DNA of 64,000 nt from an uncultured Thermoleophilia bacterium (GCA_963735345.1 CAVTKL010000008.1:3283-67282); one strand, 5' to 3'; positions 36,338-46,864 are shown, counted from the stretch's first letter. A program made the numbers and translations. Notes: generated by a model not told the origin, from the sequence alone.

Positions 36338-38326
36338 CTACCCTTGCTCGTCGACGAGCTTCTCCCACTCCTGATACTCCCGCTGGAGGAGGCTCTCGAC
36401 GGTGTTGCGCTCGTCGAGGAGCCGGTTGAGGACGTTGCGGTCGGCATAGGTCTCGGGTTCGGCGAGCGCGCCGTCGATCGCGCCCAGCCGCTTTTCGGCG
36501 CGGAGGACGGCGGCTTCGCTGGCGCGCAGCCGAGCGCGATGGCGGCGCGCTTCTTCGGCGGTACGCTGGGGCTGGCGAGCCTTGGCGGCGCCTGACGGCG
36601 CTGCCGCCGCGACGCGGCGCGTGGAGGTCTCACGCGAGAGTGCACGATCCGCACTCGGAGCGCTCACCGGCGGCGGGATGTCATCGGCACCGGCGGTCCG
36701 CGCGGTCCGCGCCTCCCAGTAGCGCGCCGCCGAGAGGTGATTGAGAAGCTCGCTGCCGTCGATCTCGAGCACGCGCGAGGCGACGCGGTCGATGAGGTGG
36801 CGATCGTGCGTGACCAGCAGGAGCGTGCCGGTGTAGTCCTCGAGCGCGTCGGCCAAGGCTTCGACGGAGCCCATGTCGAGGTGGTTCGTGGGCTCATCGA
36901 GGAGCAGGAAGTTGGCGTCGCCCACGAGGAGCGTGAGTAGGCGGAGCCGGCTGCGTTCGCCGCCCGAGAGCATCTCGACGCGCTTCTCGACCTCCTCGGG
37001 GCCGAACTGGAAGCGCCCGAGGAGCTTGCGCGCCTGCTGTTCGTCGTGCCCGACGAGCGGCAGGACCGTCTGCAGGCACGTATCGGTCTCGTTGAGTTCG
37101 CGGCCCTGCTGTGAGTAGTAGGCGACGCGTGTGTTGTGGCCCAGATGTGACACGCCGCGGGCGAGGCTGCGCAGACCGGCCACGGTCTCGACCAGGGTCG
37201 TCTTGCCGGAGCCGTTCGGGCCCAGGAGGGCGACCTTCTCGCCGCGTTCCAGGACGATGTCGACGTTGCGCACGAGGGCGCGCACGCCGGCCGGGTCGTC
37301 GGCGGAGCCGACGTTGAGGGCCGGCGTCTTCATCTCCAGCACCACCCGCGCCGAGGGCGTCGGCTGCGGCAGTCCCAGCTTGAAGCTCCTGCCCTGCTTG
37401 GGCGGCTCCTTGAGGTCTCGCTTGATGCGCTGGATCTGCGTGAGCTTGGCCTTCGCCTGCTTGGCCTTGTCCTTCTTGGCGTGGAAGCGGTCGTAGAAGT
37501 GCTGCAGTTGCGCGATCTTCTCGAGGTCCTGGGTGTACTCGCGCTGCATGAGGTCGAGACGGGCGGCGCTTTCGCGTACGTACGTCGCGAAGTCGCCGCC
37601 CTGGGTCTCGACGGTCTCGTGCTCGACGGCGAGGACGCGCCGGCCCACCTTCTCGAGCAGGCGCCGATCATGCGTGACCAGCAGGAACGCTCCCACGTAG
37701 TCGCTGAGAAACCCCTCCAGCCACTCCACCGAGTCGATGTCAAGGTGATTGGTGGGCTCGTCCAGCAGCAGAAGGTCGGCGTCGGCGAGCAACGCCCGCG
37801 CCAGGGTGACACGCGTGAGTTCGCCGCCCGACAGCGACAGGAGCCGGCGGTCAAGCATCTCCTCGGGCAGGCCGAGGCCTTCGACGACGCCGCTGAGTCG
37901 GCTGCGGTAGCCGTACCCTCCTGCCGCGTCGAAACGGCGCTGCAACTGCTGATACGTCTTCATCGTGTCGCGCAGCTCAGGGCTGTGTTCGGCCAACCCA
38001 GACAGGCGCTCCTCGACCTCGCGCAGAGCGGCTTCGAGCTCGACCGCCTCGCCGAACGCCTCGAGCAGGTAGTCGCGCACGCTGCGGTCGCGCTCGAGCT
38101 CAGGCGTTTGGTCGTGCAGCCAGATGCGGCGTCCGCGGGCGCGCGCGATCGTGCCCTCGTCGGCGTGGTCGTCGCCGGAGATGAGGCGCAAGATGGTGGT
38201 CTTTCCGGTGCCGTTGCGCCCCACCAGCACGGCGTGGTCGTGGTCGTGGATGGCGAAGCTCGCCTTGGCGAACAGGCGCTGGCCACCGAAGGACTTCTCG
38301 ACGTTGTTGAAGGTGACGATGCTCAT
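36338..38326 (-). CDS. ABC-F family ATPase (translation-factor type, Uup/EttA-like)
   Basis: Two Walker A motifs (GRNGTGKTT, GPNGSGKTT), two LSGGE signatures, no TM segments, coiled C-terminal extension. Start at aa 35 of the ORF. Confidence 0.9.
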   Translation of the reverse strand: MSIVTFNNVEKSFGGQRLFAKASFAIHDHDHAVLVGRNGTGKTTILRLISGDDHADEGTIARARGRRIWLHDQTPELERDRSVRDYLLEAFGEAVELEAALREVEERLSGLAEHSPELRDTMKTYQQLQRRFDAAGGYGYRSRLSGVVEGLGLPEEMLDRRLLSLSGGELTRVTLARALLADADLLLLDEPTNHLDIDSVEWLEGFLSDYVGAFLLVTHDRRLLEKVGRRVLAVEHETVETQGGDFATYVRESAARLDLMQREYTQDLEKIAQLQHFYDRFHAKKDKAKQAKAKLTQIQRIKRDLKEPPKQGRSFKLGLPQPTPSARVVLEMKTPALNVGSADDPAGVRALVRNVDIVLERGEKVALLGPNGSGKTTLVETVAGLRSLARGVSHLGHNTRVAYYSQQGRELNETDTCLQTVLPLVGHDEQQARKLLGRFQFGPEEVEKRVEMLSGGERSRLRLLTLLVGDANFLLLDEPTNHLDMGSVEALADALEDYTGTLLLVTHDRHLIDRVASRVLEIDGSELLNHLSAARYWEARTARTAGADDIPPPVSAPSADRALSRETSTRRVAAAAPSGAAKARQPQRTAEEARRHRARLRASEAAVLRAEKRLGAIDGALAEPETYADRNVLNRLLDERNTVESLLQREYQEWEKLVDEQG

Positions 38327-38482
38327 GGCGGGGGTGCGTCCGTGGGCGCTGACGACAGGCGGGAGCGGCCACACGCGGCCGCTCCCCAGAGTTGGAGTAA
38401 GGGTAACAGCGCCGGGGAACGAATGCATCTAGTGGACGCCGTGCATTGCGGCAGGGATGCGTTGTGCCTTGGAGGGGACGAT

Positions 38483-39196
38483 ATGGATATCGGCAGGTGC
38501 TTCAAAGACGCTTGGGGGCTGTTCAGGCTCGATCTGGGACCACTGATCGCGACGGCCGTCATCGCCGCCGTGGTGGTAGGGGCGGTGAACCTGCTGGTCG
38601 GCATCGCCATCCTCGGCAGCGTCAGCGCCTTCGGCGGCGAATGGTCGGGTCTCGCCTTCGGCTCGGCGTTGTTCGGTGGCCTGCTGATCGCGCTCGTAGC
38701 GATCGTCGCCTACGCCTGGATGTACGCCGTCGTGTTTCACATGATGCTTCGCCGTGTGCGCGAGCAGCGGCCGGCCGAGTACACCGATATGCAGGACTTC
38801 GACCAGATCGGCGCCTTCGCGATCGCCGCGGTCGTGCTCGGGATCGTCATCAGCCTGGGCTACGTCCTGCTCATCATCCCGGGGCTGTTCCTGACCACCA
38901 TCTGGGTGTACGCCCTGCCGTTGATCGGCGATCGCAGGATCGGCCTCTCGGAAGCGATGGCGCAGAGCAGGAAGCTGGCGTCCGTTCCCGGCCTCTTCAC
39001 CACGTTCGCGGCCTGGCTGGTCGGGGCGGTCGTGGTCGCGGTCGTGGTCGGCGTCCTCAACGGCATCCCGATCATCGGGCTCATCATCGGGCTGCTGGCG
39101 GTGCCGTTCGGCGTCGGCTACCTGATCAGCATGTACTTCCAGGCCATCGGTGAAGGAGACCTGGTCGCCGAGGTCATCGAGCGCGCGTCACACTGA
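38483..39196 (+). CDS. Polytopic membrane protein (DUF975/UPF0259-like), paralog 1
   Basis: MDIGRCFKDAWGLFRLDLGPLI... ATG is 5 nt after GGAGGGG. Only the 3' 238 codons of ORF 37481..39196 are coding. Confidence 0.75.
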   Translation: MDIGRCFKDAWGLFRLDLGPLIATAVIAAVVVGAVNLLVGIAILGSVSAFGGEWSGLAFGSALFGGLLIALVAIVAYAWMYAVVFHMMLRRVREQRPAEYTDMQDFDQIGAFAIAAVVLGIVISLGYVLLIIPGLFLTTIWVYALPLIGDRRIGLSEAMAQSRKLASVPGLFTTFAAWLVGAVVVAVVVGVLNGIPIIGLIIGLLAVPFGVGYLISMYFQAIGEGDLVAEVIERASH

Positions 39197-39221
39197 GTGC
39201 GGGAGCAGGGAGGTCGCGACC

Positions 39222-40349
39222 ATGGACATCGGCAGACTGTTCAACCAGGCGTGGGGTCTGTTCCTGAAGGATGCAGGGCCTCTGCTTGTCGGCTCGCTGA
39301 TCGCGGGCATCATCCCTGCGGTCGCGGCGGGCATCATCTTCGTGGGGATCGTGGGAGCGACGTTCGCGACCGGCGGCATCGTCTCTCAAGGCGATGTCAC
39401 CAGCGTCGGCGCCGTGGGCTGGGCCCTCCTCGTGGTCGGGTCCATCCTCGTCGTGGTCGTGTCGCTGTTGCTCACCGTGCCGCTGTACGCCGGCCTCATC
39501 ATGGGTGTGATCCGTCGCGTGCGCGAAGGGCGGACGATGGGCTACGGCGACGCTTTTGAGGGGTTCAAGCTGTTTGGCAGGGTGGTCGCCGTGTCGCTCC
39601 TCATCGGTCTCATCTTCCTGGGCATCGCCATCATCCCGTTGGTCCTCGGGGCGGCTGCGGCCGGATTGTCGTCCGCCTTGATCGGCGTGCTGGCGGCGCT
39701 GGCGGGCGTGATCGCAGTTGTCCCCATGATCTATCTGAGCGTGCGATGGGCGTACGTCTTTCCCCTGATCGTCGACCGAGGCGCGACCTCCACAGGCGCC
39801 CTGCGCGAGAGCGGCGTGGCCGTGGCCGGCTCCGGCTGGTGGACGACCTTCCTGGCGCTGCTCGTGATGTCTCTTGCCGTCGGTGTGGTCAGCGGAGTGC
39901 TCGGCATCATCCCGGTCATCGGCTCGATCGCGTCACTCTTCCTCACGCCGTTCGTGCTCACATACCTCGTCGCCATGTACTTCCAGGCGATGCGAGAGGA
40001 GCGGCTGGTCGGCGAGACCCTCCAGCGCTGGCCGGCCTCGCTCCCCTGGCAGGCGGTGCCCCCGCCGCCTGGCGCCGGCCCGTCCCAGTATCCACCGCCC
40101 CCTGGGGCTGCAGCCTACCCGCCGGTCCAGCCGCCAACGTACGCGGCTCCTCCGACGCCTCCCGGCCCCACGGGGGGCGCGGCGCGGGAGGCTACGGACG
40201 CCGCGGAATGGCGGGCGGCCGCAGACCCGCTGGCGCCGGCGGCAGCTCCTGAGGCGGCGGACGTTCCGCCGCCGCCGGACCTGCCGTTCGCTCCTCCCGA
40301 GCCGGAGGCCCCGTCGGCTCCCGTCGCTCCGGTAGGCCCGGCCTCCTGA
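39222..40349 (+). CDS. Polytopic membrane protein, paralog 2, with ~100-aa Pro/Ala-rich C-terminal tail
   Basis: MDIGRLFNQAWGLFLKDAGPLL... Same architecture as the upstream gene. Tail: PPPPGAGPSQYPPPPGAAAYPPVQPPTYAAPPTPPGP. Confidence 0.75.
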   Translation: MDIGRLFNQAWGLFLKDAGPLLVGSLIAGIIPAVAAGIIFVGIVGATFATGGIVSQGDVTSVGAVGWALLVVGSILVVVVSLLLTVPLYAGLIMGVIRRVREGRTMGYGDAFEGFKLFGRVVAVSLLIGLIFLGIAIIPLVLGAAAAGLSSALIGVLAALAGVIAVVPMIYLSVRWAYVFPLIVDRGATSTGALRESGVAVAGSGWWTTFLALLVMSLAVGVVSGVLGIIPVIGSIASLFLTPFVLTYLVAMYFQAMREERLVGETLQRWPASLPWQAVPPPPGAGPSQYPPPPGAAAYPPVQPPTYAAPPTPPGPTGGAAREATDAAEWRAAADPLAPAAAPEAADVPPPPDLPFAPPEPEAPSAPVAPVGPAS

Positions 40350-40448
40350 GGGGCTGTCCAGAAGGCGGGTGCGCGCCGGCAGGGCCTCGTCGGTCTCGGC
40401 GGAGGGCGCTGCGCGGGGAGTGACGGCTCTGCGATACAATCCGCAGCT

Positions 40449-41987
40449 GTGATCACCTACAAAGACACCCGCGGCGTCATCGACGCGCCGCGCACCTTCA
40501 CTGCCGCGCTTCTCGAGGGCATCGCCCCGGGCGGCGGCCTGTTCGTCCCGGAGCGGCTCCCCCGATTCTCGCTCGACGAGGTCCTGGGGCTGGCGCAGCT
40601 GCCCTACCACGAGCGTGCCGCCCAGGTGTACGAGGCCTTCGGGCTCGATATCGCCGCGGGGACGACGCGCGCCATCGCCGCGACGGCCTACGGCGACAAC
40701 TTCGACGACGCGCAGATCGCGCCGATCCGCGAGGTCGCGCCAGGACGCTTCGTGCTCGAACTCTGGCATGGTCCCACGCTCGCCTTCAAGGACATGGCCC
40801 TGCAGTGCATGCCGCTGTTCTTCAGCCAGGCCCTCTCGCAGGCTCACGCCGGCGGGGTGACCGATCTGGACTTCCTCATCTTGGTGGCCACGTCGGGCGA
40901 CACAGGGGTGGCGGCGCTCAACGGCTTCGCCGATCGCGCTCACACGCGCATCTGCGTGTACTATCCCGAGGCCGGCGTCAGCGCGCTGCAGGAACTGCAG
41001 ATGGTCACGCAGCAGGGCGACAACGTCATGGTGTTCGGACTGGATGGCGACTTCGACGCCTGTCAGAGCGCCGTCAAGGCGGTCTTCGACGACGCCGAGT
41101 TCGGCCGCGAGCTGGCCGAACATCACAGCCTGGCCACCTCTTCGGCCAACTCCATCAACTGGGGCCGGCTGATGCCGCAGATCGTCTACTACTTGAGCGC
41201 TTACGCCGACATGGTGGCGGAGCGCGCCCTGCCGGCCGGCGCGCCGCTCGATGTCTGCGTGCCCACCGGCAACTTCGGCAACATCCTGGCGGCGTACTAC
41301 GCCAAGCTGATGGGCGCTCCCCTCGGACGCCTGTTCTGCGCCTGTAACGCGAACAAGGTGCTGGCGGACTTCCTGGCCACCGGCGTCTACGACATCTCCG
41401 CGCGGCGCCTCGTCAAGACGGCCTCGCCCTCGATGGACATCCTCGTCTCCTCGAACCTCGAGCGTCTGCTTCACCATCTCTGTGGGGACGGCGCCCAGAT
41501 CCGCCGCTGGATGGCGGAACTCAATACTTCTGGGCGGTTCGCCGTGGATGCCGCGACGCACGCCAGGCTGAGCGCTGAGTTCTCCGCGGGCTGGGTGGAC
41601 GACGCGGCCTGTCTGCGGACGATCGGGCGCGTGCAGCGGGAGCACGGGTACCTGCTGGATCCGCACACGGCCGTGGCCTGGGACGTGGCCGGCGCCCTGC
41701 GTGACGAGGAGGCGCCGGTGCTCATCGTGAGCACCGCACACTGGAGCAAGTTCGCCGCGGATGTGGTGCGCGGCCTTGAGGGCATCGCGCCGGGTCTGCC
41801 GGTGCCGGGCGCCGGCAACGACATCGAGTTGCTCGACCGCGTCGTCGAGCTCGTGCCGGACGCGGTCGTGCCGCCGCAGCTTCAGGCGGTGCGCCGCCGC
41901 GCGGTGCGCTTCCGTGGTCGCGTCGGCGCGGGTCGCGCAGCCGTCGAGGACAGCCTGCGCGAGTGGCTGGCGGGCCCGACGGCCTGA
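40449..41987 (+). CDS. thrC: Threonine synthase (long form)
   Basis: LELWHGPTLAFKDMALQ (PLP Lys), VATSGDTG, VPTGNFGN. Confidence 0.92.
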   Translation: MITYKDTRGVIDAPRTFTAALLEGIAPGGGLFVPERLPRFSLDEVLGLAQLPYHERAAQVYEAFGLDIAAGTTRAIAATAYGDNFDDAQIAPIREVAPGRFVLELWHGPTLAFKDMALQCMPLFFSQALSQAHAGGVTDLDFLILVATSGDTGVAALNGFADRAHTRICVYYPEAGVSALQELQMVTQQGDNVMVFGLDGDFDACQSAVKAVFDDAEFGRELAEHHSLATSSANSINWGRLMPQIVYYLSAYADMVAERALPAGAPLDVCVPTGNFGNILAAYYAKLMGAPLGRLFCACNANKVLADFLATGVYDISARRLVKTASPSMDILVSSNLERLLHHLCGDGAQIRRWMAELNTSGRFAVDAATHARLSAEFSAGWVDDAACLRTIGRVQREHGYLLDPHTAVAWDVAGALRDEEAPVLIVSTAHWSKFAADVVRGLEGIAPGLPVPGAGNDIELLDRVVELVPDAVVPPQLQAVRRRAVRFRGRVGAGRAAVEDSLREWLAGPTA

Positions 41988-42011
41988 CCGTCGGCTTCCA
42001 GTCGAGGCGCT

Positions 42012-43529
42012 TCAGGCGCGGGGCGTGCCGAAGGCCCTGACGCTGGCCACGGCGGCGGTCCATCCCTCGCGCAAGGCGTCCTGGTCGCTCCCGGGATCAG
42101 GGACGAAACGCCGATCCGCGCGCCACGGCGACTGCATCGGCGTCTCGCCCTCCCAGAATCCAACGGCCAGACCGGCGAGCGCCGCCGCCCCCAGGGCCGT
42201 CGCCTCCTTCTGGGCAGCGCGCGCGACCGTGAGGCCGAGGATGTCTGCCTGGATCTGCATGAGAAGGTCGCTGCCCGCTGCGCCGCCGTCGACGCGCAGC
42301 TCGCTGGGGTACAGGCCAGCATCCTGGGTGATCGCGGTGTACAGGTCGGCGACCTGAAGCGCGATGCCCTCGAGGGCGGCGCGTGCGATGTTGGCGGGTG
42401 TCGTTCCCGCTGTGAGGCCGAGGATGGCGCCGCGGGCGTGGGCGTCCCAATGCGGCGCTCCGAGGCCGGTGAAGGCAGGCACGAAGTACACGCCTTCGCT
42501 CCCCGGCGCGCGCGCCGCCAGCGCGCCCGACTCGGCGACGTCGTCGATCAGGCCAAGGCCGTCGCGCAGCCACTGGATGGCCGCGCCGGCCATGAAGACG
42601 CTGCCCTCGAGCGCGTAGTCGCGGCGTCCCGCGCGCTGCAGGGCGACGGTGGTCAGCAGGCCGTGCGTCGAGGCAGCCGGCGTCTGCCCTGTGTGCATGA
42701 GGAGGAAGCAGCCTGTCCCGTAGGTGGCTTTCGCCATGCCCGGGGCCGTGCAGGCCTGGCCGAACAGGGCGGCCTGCTGATCGCCGACGAGCGCGGCGAT
42801 CGGGATGCGCGCGCCGAGGTGCTCGGCCTCCGTCTCACCGACCGCTCCGCTGGTGTCGCAGACCTCCGGCAAGATGGAGCGCGGCACTGCGAAGAGCTCG
42901 AGCAGTTCCTCGTCCCAGTGGCCGCGGTGGATGTCGTAGAGCAGCGTCCTTGAGGCATTGGTCGCATCGGTGACGTGCCGGCGGCCTCCGGTGAGTCGCC
43001 AGGTCAGCCAGCTGTCGATCGTGCCGAAGGCGAGCTCGCCGGCCAGGGCGCGCTCGCGGGCGCGCGGCACGTTGTCGAGCAGCCATGCGAGCTTGGTCGC
43101 CGAGAAGTACGGGTCGAGAAGCAGCCCGGTCCTGCTGCGCACGAGCGCTTCGTGACCCGCTTGACGGAGGCTCTCGCAGAGAGCCGCCGTGCGCCGGTCC
43201 TGCCAGACGATGGCCGGCGCGATGGGCTCCGAGGTCGCTCGATCCCAGAGGATCGTCGTCTCGCGCTGGTTCGTGATGCCCACCGCGGCCACCTCGTCGG
43301 CGCGGACGCCGGCGCGCGCCAGCGCCTCCACCGCCGAGTCCAACTGGCAGCGCCAGATCTCCTGGGGGTCCATCTCGACGAGACCGGGGCGCGGATAGCT
43401 GCGCGTGACGGCCCTCTGCGCCGTCGCGAGGATCGCCCCGGTCTCGTCCACGACGAGGGTCCTCGAACTGCTCGTGCCCTGGTCGAGGGCCAGCACGACC
43501 CGGCCGCCGGAAGATCGCCGCGCGTTCAT
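42012..43529 (-). CDS. glpK: Glycerol kinase
   Basis: [56 protein letters not shown]. Confidence 0.95.
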   Translation of the reverse strand: MNARRSSGGRVVLALDQGTSSSRTLVVDETGAILATAQRAVTRSYPRPGLVEMDPQEIWRCQLDSAVEALARAGVRADEVAAVGITNQRETTILWDRATSEPIAPAIVWQDRRTAALCESLRQAGHEALVRSRTGLLLDPYFSATKLAWLLDNVPRARERALAGELAFGTIDSWLTWRLTGGRRHVTDATNASRTLLYDIHRGHWDEELLELFAVPRSILPEVCDTSGAVGETEAEHLGARIPIAALVGDQQAALFGQACTAPGMAKATYGTGCFLLMHTGQTPAASTHGLLTTVALQRAGRRDYALEGSVFMAGAAIQWLRDGLGLIDDVAESGALAARAPGSEGVYFVPAFTGLGAPHWDAHARGAILGLTAGTTPANIARAALEGIALQVADLYTAITQDAGLYPSELRVDGGAAGSDLLMQIQADILGLTVARAAQKEATALGAAALAGLAVGFWEGETPMQSPWRADRRFVPDPGSDQDALREGWTAAVASVRAFGTPRA

Positions 43530-43619
43530 CGTCGCCTCGTTTCGTCGCGCCCTGTGTGCGAACGCCAGAATGATACGACATCACGCCTGGCGACGGGGTA
43601 GGATGTCCGTGCGGGCAAC

Positions 43620-44222
43620 ATGAGCGACGCGCTGGTCCCCGGTCCTGAGGAGGAGTCCATGACCTGGAGAAAGATCCTGGAGGACGAGCATCGTCTCGTC
43701 CTCGAGGTCCTCGAAGCCGCCGAGAAGGAGTGCGACCACATCGACGCGACGGGATGCTGCCGCGTCGACCTGGTCGGCGACATGCTGGAGTTCTTCCGGT
43801 ACTTCAACGACGGCCTGCACGACCCGAAGGAGGAGGGGCTGCTGTTCGCGCGCTGCCACAAGCGCGGCATGACCAACGACGACGAGCCGCTCGAGCAGAT
43901 GCTCGGTGAGCACGAGTGGTGTTGCGGCAAGCTCGACTCCCTGCAGATGACGCTCAAGGCCATCGTCGGCGGAGGCGCTGGCCTCACGCACGAGCTCTCG
44001 GTGGGTCTCAGGGAGTACATCGAGGTGAATCGCTGCCACATCGAGGTCGAGGAGTCGTTGTTCTTCGACATGGCCTCGAGCTACCTGACCAAGAGGGACC
44101 TCGAGGAGTTGACGGCGGAGTTCGAGGCGGCGCACTCCGACGAGGTCGATGAGGGCGTGCAGGCCTTCTACGAGGGGCTGGCCCACCGCGTGCTGGCGGC
44201 CGAGAACGAGGTCTGTGGCTAG
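43620..44222 (+). CDS. Hemerythrin (HHE cation-binding) domain protein
   Basis: ILEDEHRLV...FFRYFNDGLHDPKEE...HIEVEESLFF. The start could instead be ATG 43659. Confidence 0.75.
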   Translation: MSDALVPGPEEESMTWRKILEDEHRLVLEVLEAAEKECDHIDATGCCRVDLVGDMLEFFRYFNDGLHDPKEEGLLFARCHKRGMTNDDEPLEQMLGEHEWCCGKLDSLQMTLKAIVGGGAGLTHELSVGLREYIEVNRCHIEVEESLFFDMASSYLTKRDLEELTAEFEAAHSDEVDEGVQAFYEGLAHRVLAAENEVCG

Positions 44223-46030
44223 AGCCAGTCGCCGCCGTCGTTCAGGTAGAGGTGCATGTCGTCCGCAGCCTTGCGGGCGGCTCCCATCGCGAGGATCACA
44301 GTGGCCGCTCCGGTGACGATGTCGCCGCCCGCCCACACACGGGGGACGCTGGTACGGCCGGCATCCGTGTAGACTCGGATGTAGCCGCGCGAGGTGCGCT
44401 CCAGACCCGCGGCGTCCTCGAACAAGGCCTTGTTCGGGCCGGCGCCGACCGCCACGACGACCATGTCGACGCCGATGAGGAAGTCAGAGCCGAGCACCGG
44501 CACCGGACGCCGGCGGCCTGAGGCGTCCGGGTCGCCGAGCGTCATCCGCACGCAGCGCATGCTCCGCACCCAACCTTGGTCGTCGCCTTCGTAGGCGATG
44601 GGGCTGGTGAGGTACGCGAGGCGCACGCCCTCTTCCTCGGCGTGCTCGATCTCCTCGCGGCGCGCCGGCATCTCGTCGCGCGTGCGCCGATAGACGAGGG
44701 TCACCTCGCGCGCGCCCATGCGCAGCGCCGTGCGCGCGCAATCCATGGCGACGTTGCCGCCACCAACGACCGCCACCTGGGCGCCGTGGGGCGCCGGCGT
44801 GTCGTATTCGGGGAAGCGATACGCCTTCATGAGGTTGACGCGCGTGAGGTACTCGTTGGCGGAGACGATGTTGCAGAGGTTCTCCCCGGGCAGGCCCATG
44901 AACCCGGGGAGCCCGGCGCCGGTGGCCAGGTAGACGGCGTCAAAGCCCATGTCGAGCAGATCGGTGAGGCCGTACAACTTGCCGACGATGCTGTTGAGCT
45001 CGAAGCGCACGCCCATGCGTCGCAGGTCGCCGATCTCCGCCTCCACGATGGCCTTCGGGAGGCGGAACTCGGGGATGCCGTAGACGAGCACTCCGCCGGG
45101 GCCGTGCAGCGCCTCGTGGACGGTGACGCTGTGGCCTTTGGCGGCCATGTCCGCGGCCATCGTCAATCCGGCCGGGCCGCTGCCGACGACGGCGATGCGG
45201 CGGCCAGTCCTGGCCGCCATCCGGGGTAAGGCGACCTGGCCGGCTTCACGTTCGTAGTCGGCGGCGAAACGCTCCAGGGCGCCGATGGCGAGAGGTTCGC
45301 CTTTGTTGCCGAGCACGCAGACCTTCTCGCACTGGTCGTCCTGTGGGCACACGCGTCCGCAGATCGCCGGCAGGGCGTTCTTCTCACGAATGAGCTGCGC
45401 CGCGCGGGCGTACTCACCCTCCGTCAGCAGCTTGACGAACCCGGGGATGTCCACCTCGACGGGGCAGCCGGCCACGCAATCCGGCTTCTTGCACTGCAGA
45501 CAGCGGCCGGCCTCGAGCGTCGCGAGCTCCGCGTCATAGCCGTAGCTGACCTCGTTGTAGTTGCGGATGCGCAGTTCGGGGTCTTGCGCAGGCTTCTTCT
45601 GCCGCCGCGTCCCGGCGAGGACTTTGGCGCGGGTGCGTTGGGGCACGCCGTACCAGGTGCACCCCGCCCGTGCGCAGAGAGAGAGCGGGGTGACGCGCGT
45701 GTGCAGGGAGATGTCGATGGTGAAGAGCTGCGATCCGCAGCGCTCGCACGACGAATCGGCGTCCAGCAGTGACCCCGCACAGTGAGGGCAGAGAACGTCG
45801 GCCGCAACGGCCTCCTTGTGCCATGTTTCCGGGTCGACGCGTTCGGATCCATCGAGGCGCGGGTCGAGAAGCACATCGTGGATCTCGTCGCCGACGGCGA
45901 TCTGCATGCCCAGCCACACGCGCTTCGACGCGTCGTCGTAGACGACCAAGGGCGCGTGGCAGCGAGGGCAGAAGCTCGCGAGATCGCCTTGCTGGGCGAG
46001 GGCGTCGATGTCGAGCTGCATCGCCGCCAT
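44219..46030 (-). CDS. nfnB: NfnB/GltD-like NADPH-dependent FAD/Fe-S oxidoreductase with ~135-aa N-terminal Cys-pair (zinc-ribbon-like) extension
   Basis: Canonical part from ~aa 140: RCLQCKKPDCVAGCPV, CGRVCPQDDQCE, VVGSGPAGL, VVGGGNVAMD. Extension carries CPRC, CPHC, CERC. Confidence 0.8.
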   Translation of the reverse strand: MAAMQLDIDALAQQGDLASFCPRCHAPLVVYDDASKRVWLGMQIAVGDEIHDVLLDPRLDGSERVDPETWHKEAVAADVLCPHCAGSLLDADSSCERCGSQLFTIDISLHTRVTPLSLCARAGCTWYGVPQRTRAKVLAGTRRQKKPAQDPELRIRNYNEVSYGYDAELATLEAGRCLQCKKPDCVAGCPVEVDIPGFVKLLTEGEYARAAQLIREKNALPAICGRVCPQDDQCEKVCVLGNKGEPLAIGALERFAADYEREAGQVALPRMAARTGRRIAVVGSGPAGLTMAADMAAKGHSVTVHEALHGPGGVLVYGIPEFRLPKAIVEAEIGDLRRMGVRFELNSIVGKLYGLTDLLDMGFDAVYLATGAGLPGFMGLPGENLCNIVSANEYLTRVNLMKAYRFPEYDTPAPHGAQVAVVGGGNVAMDCARTALRMGAREVTLVYRRTRDEMPARREEIEHAEEEGVRLAYLTSPIAYEGDDQGWVRSMRCVRMTLGDPDASGRRRPVPVLGSDFLIGVDMVVVAVGAGPNKALFEDAAGLERTSRGYIRVYTDAGRTSVPRVWAGGDIVTGAATVILAMGAARKAADDMHLYLNDGGDWL

Positions 46031-46033
46031 GGT

Positions 46034-46864
46034 TCAGCGCGCCTTGACGGAGTCGAGCAGAGAGACGCGCTCGTCGCGCGCGTACATCTGGTTGCGCTGG
46101 ATGAGTTCGTCGAAGTCGACGGCGAGGCCGTCGAACTGGGGGCCGTCGACGCAGGCGAAGTTGGTCTCGCCGTGCACCGTGCAACGGCAGCCGCCGCACA
46201 TCCCGGTGCCGTCGACCATGATCGGGTTGAGGCTGACACGCGTAGGGAGGCCGTAGATGCGGGTCATCTGGGTGACGGCGCGCATCATGACCAGAGGCCC
46301 GACGGCGAGGACCTGGCCTATGTTCTCAGGCCGTTCGACCAGGGTCTGCAGGGCGTCGGTGACCCTGCCGTGGATGCCGTAGCTGCCGTCGTCGGTGGTG
46401 ACGATGAGCTCGTCGCAGAGTGCTCGCATCTCGTTCTCGAGGATGAGCATGTCCTTCTGACGCGCTCCCACGATCGCGACGATCCTGTTGCCGACCGCGC
46501 GATGCCCTGTGAGAAGGTGATGCAGCACCGCGACGCCGGAGCCGCCGCCGATGCCGACGACCGTACCGATGGGTTCAAAGGGCTCGGCGACGCCGAGTGG
46601 GCCGCACACGTCCTTGATGGCGTCGCCGGCGCTCAGGGAGGCGAGCAGCGCCGTGCTCTTGCCGACGACCTGGAAGATGATGGTGATGGTGCCGTTGTGT
46701 GGGTCAGTGTAGGCGACCGTGAGCGGCACGCGTTCGCCGGTCTCGTTGACGCGCAGGATGACGAACTGGCCGGGCCGGATGCGGCGCGCGATCTGCGGCG
46801 CCTCGACGGTGAGGCTGATGAGATCGCGCTTGGAGAGCTCCTGCCTGTCGGCGATCAGGTACAC
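46034..46864 (-). CDS. nfnA: NfnA/SudB-like ferredoxin-NADP+ reductase subunit (FAD/[2Fe-2S])
   Basis: RPGQFVILRV, GIGGGSGVA, C-terminal GTGMCGGCRC...FACVDGP. It lies 3 nt upstream of the nfnB start. Confidence 0.8.
   Translation of the reverse strand: MYLIADRQELSKRDLISLTVEAPQIARRIRPGQFVILRVNETGERVPLTVAYTDPHNGTITIIFQVVGKSTALLASLSAGDAIKDVCGPLGVAEPFEPIGTVVGIGGGSGVAVLHHLLTGHRAVGNRIVAIVGARQKDMLILENEMRALCDELIVTTDDGSYGIHGRVTDALQTLVERPENIGQVLAVGPLVMMRAVTQMTRIYGLPTRVSLNPIMVDGTGMCGGCRCTVHGETNFACVDGPQFDGLAVDFDELIQRNQMYARDERVSLLDSVKAR

Noticed and set aside
37481-38482. 5' two-thirds of ORF 37481..39196 (also the 5' parts of ORFs 3541..5472 and 48635..49924)
   Set aside because: These portions are antisense to the ABC-F, rhomboid and GH18 genes respectively. 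Coding character and RBS signals begin only at the internal starts used in the feature list.
44219-44222. Convergent genes sharing the palindromic stop CTAG (hemerythrin TAG / nfnB TAG)
   Set aside because: This is a curiosity of tight packing. No structural or regulatory implication can be supported.
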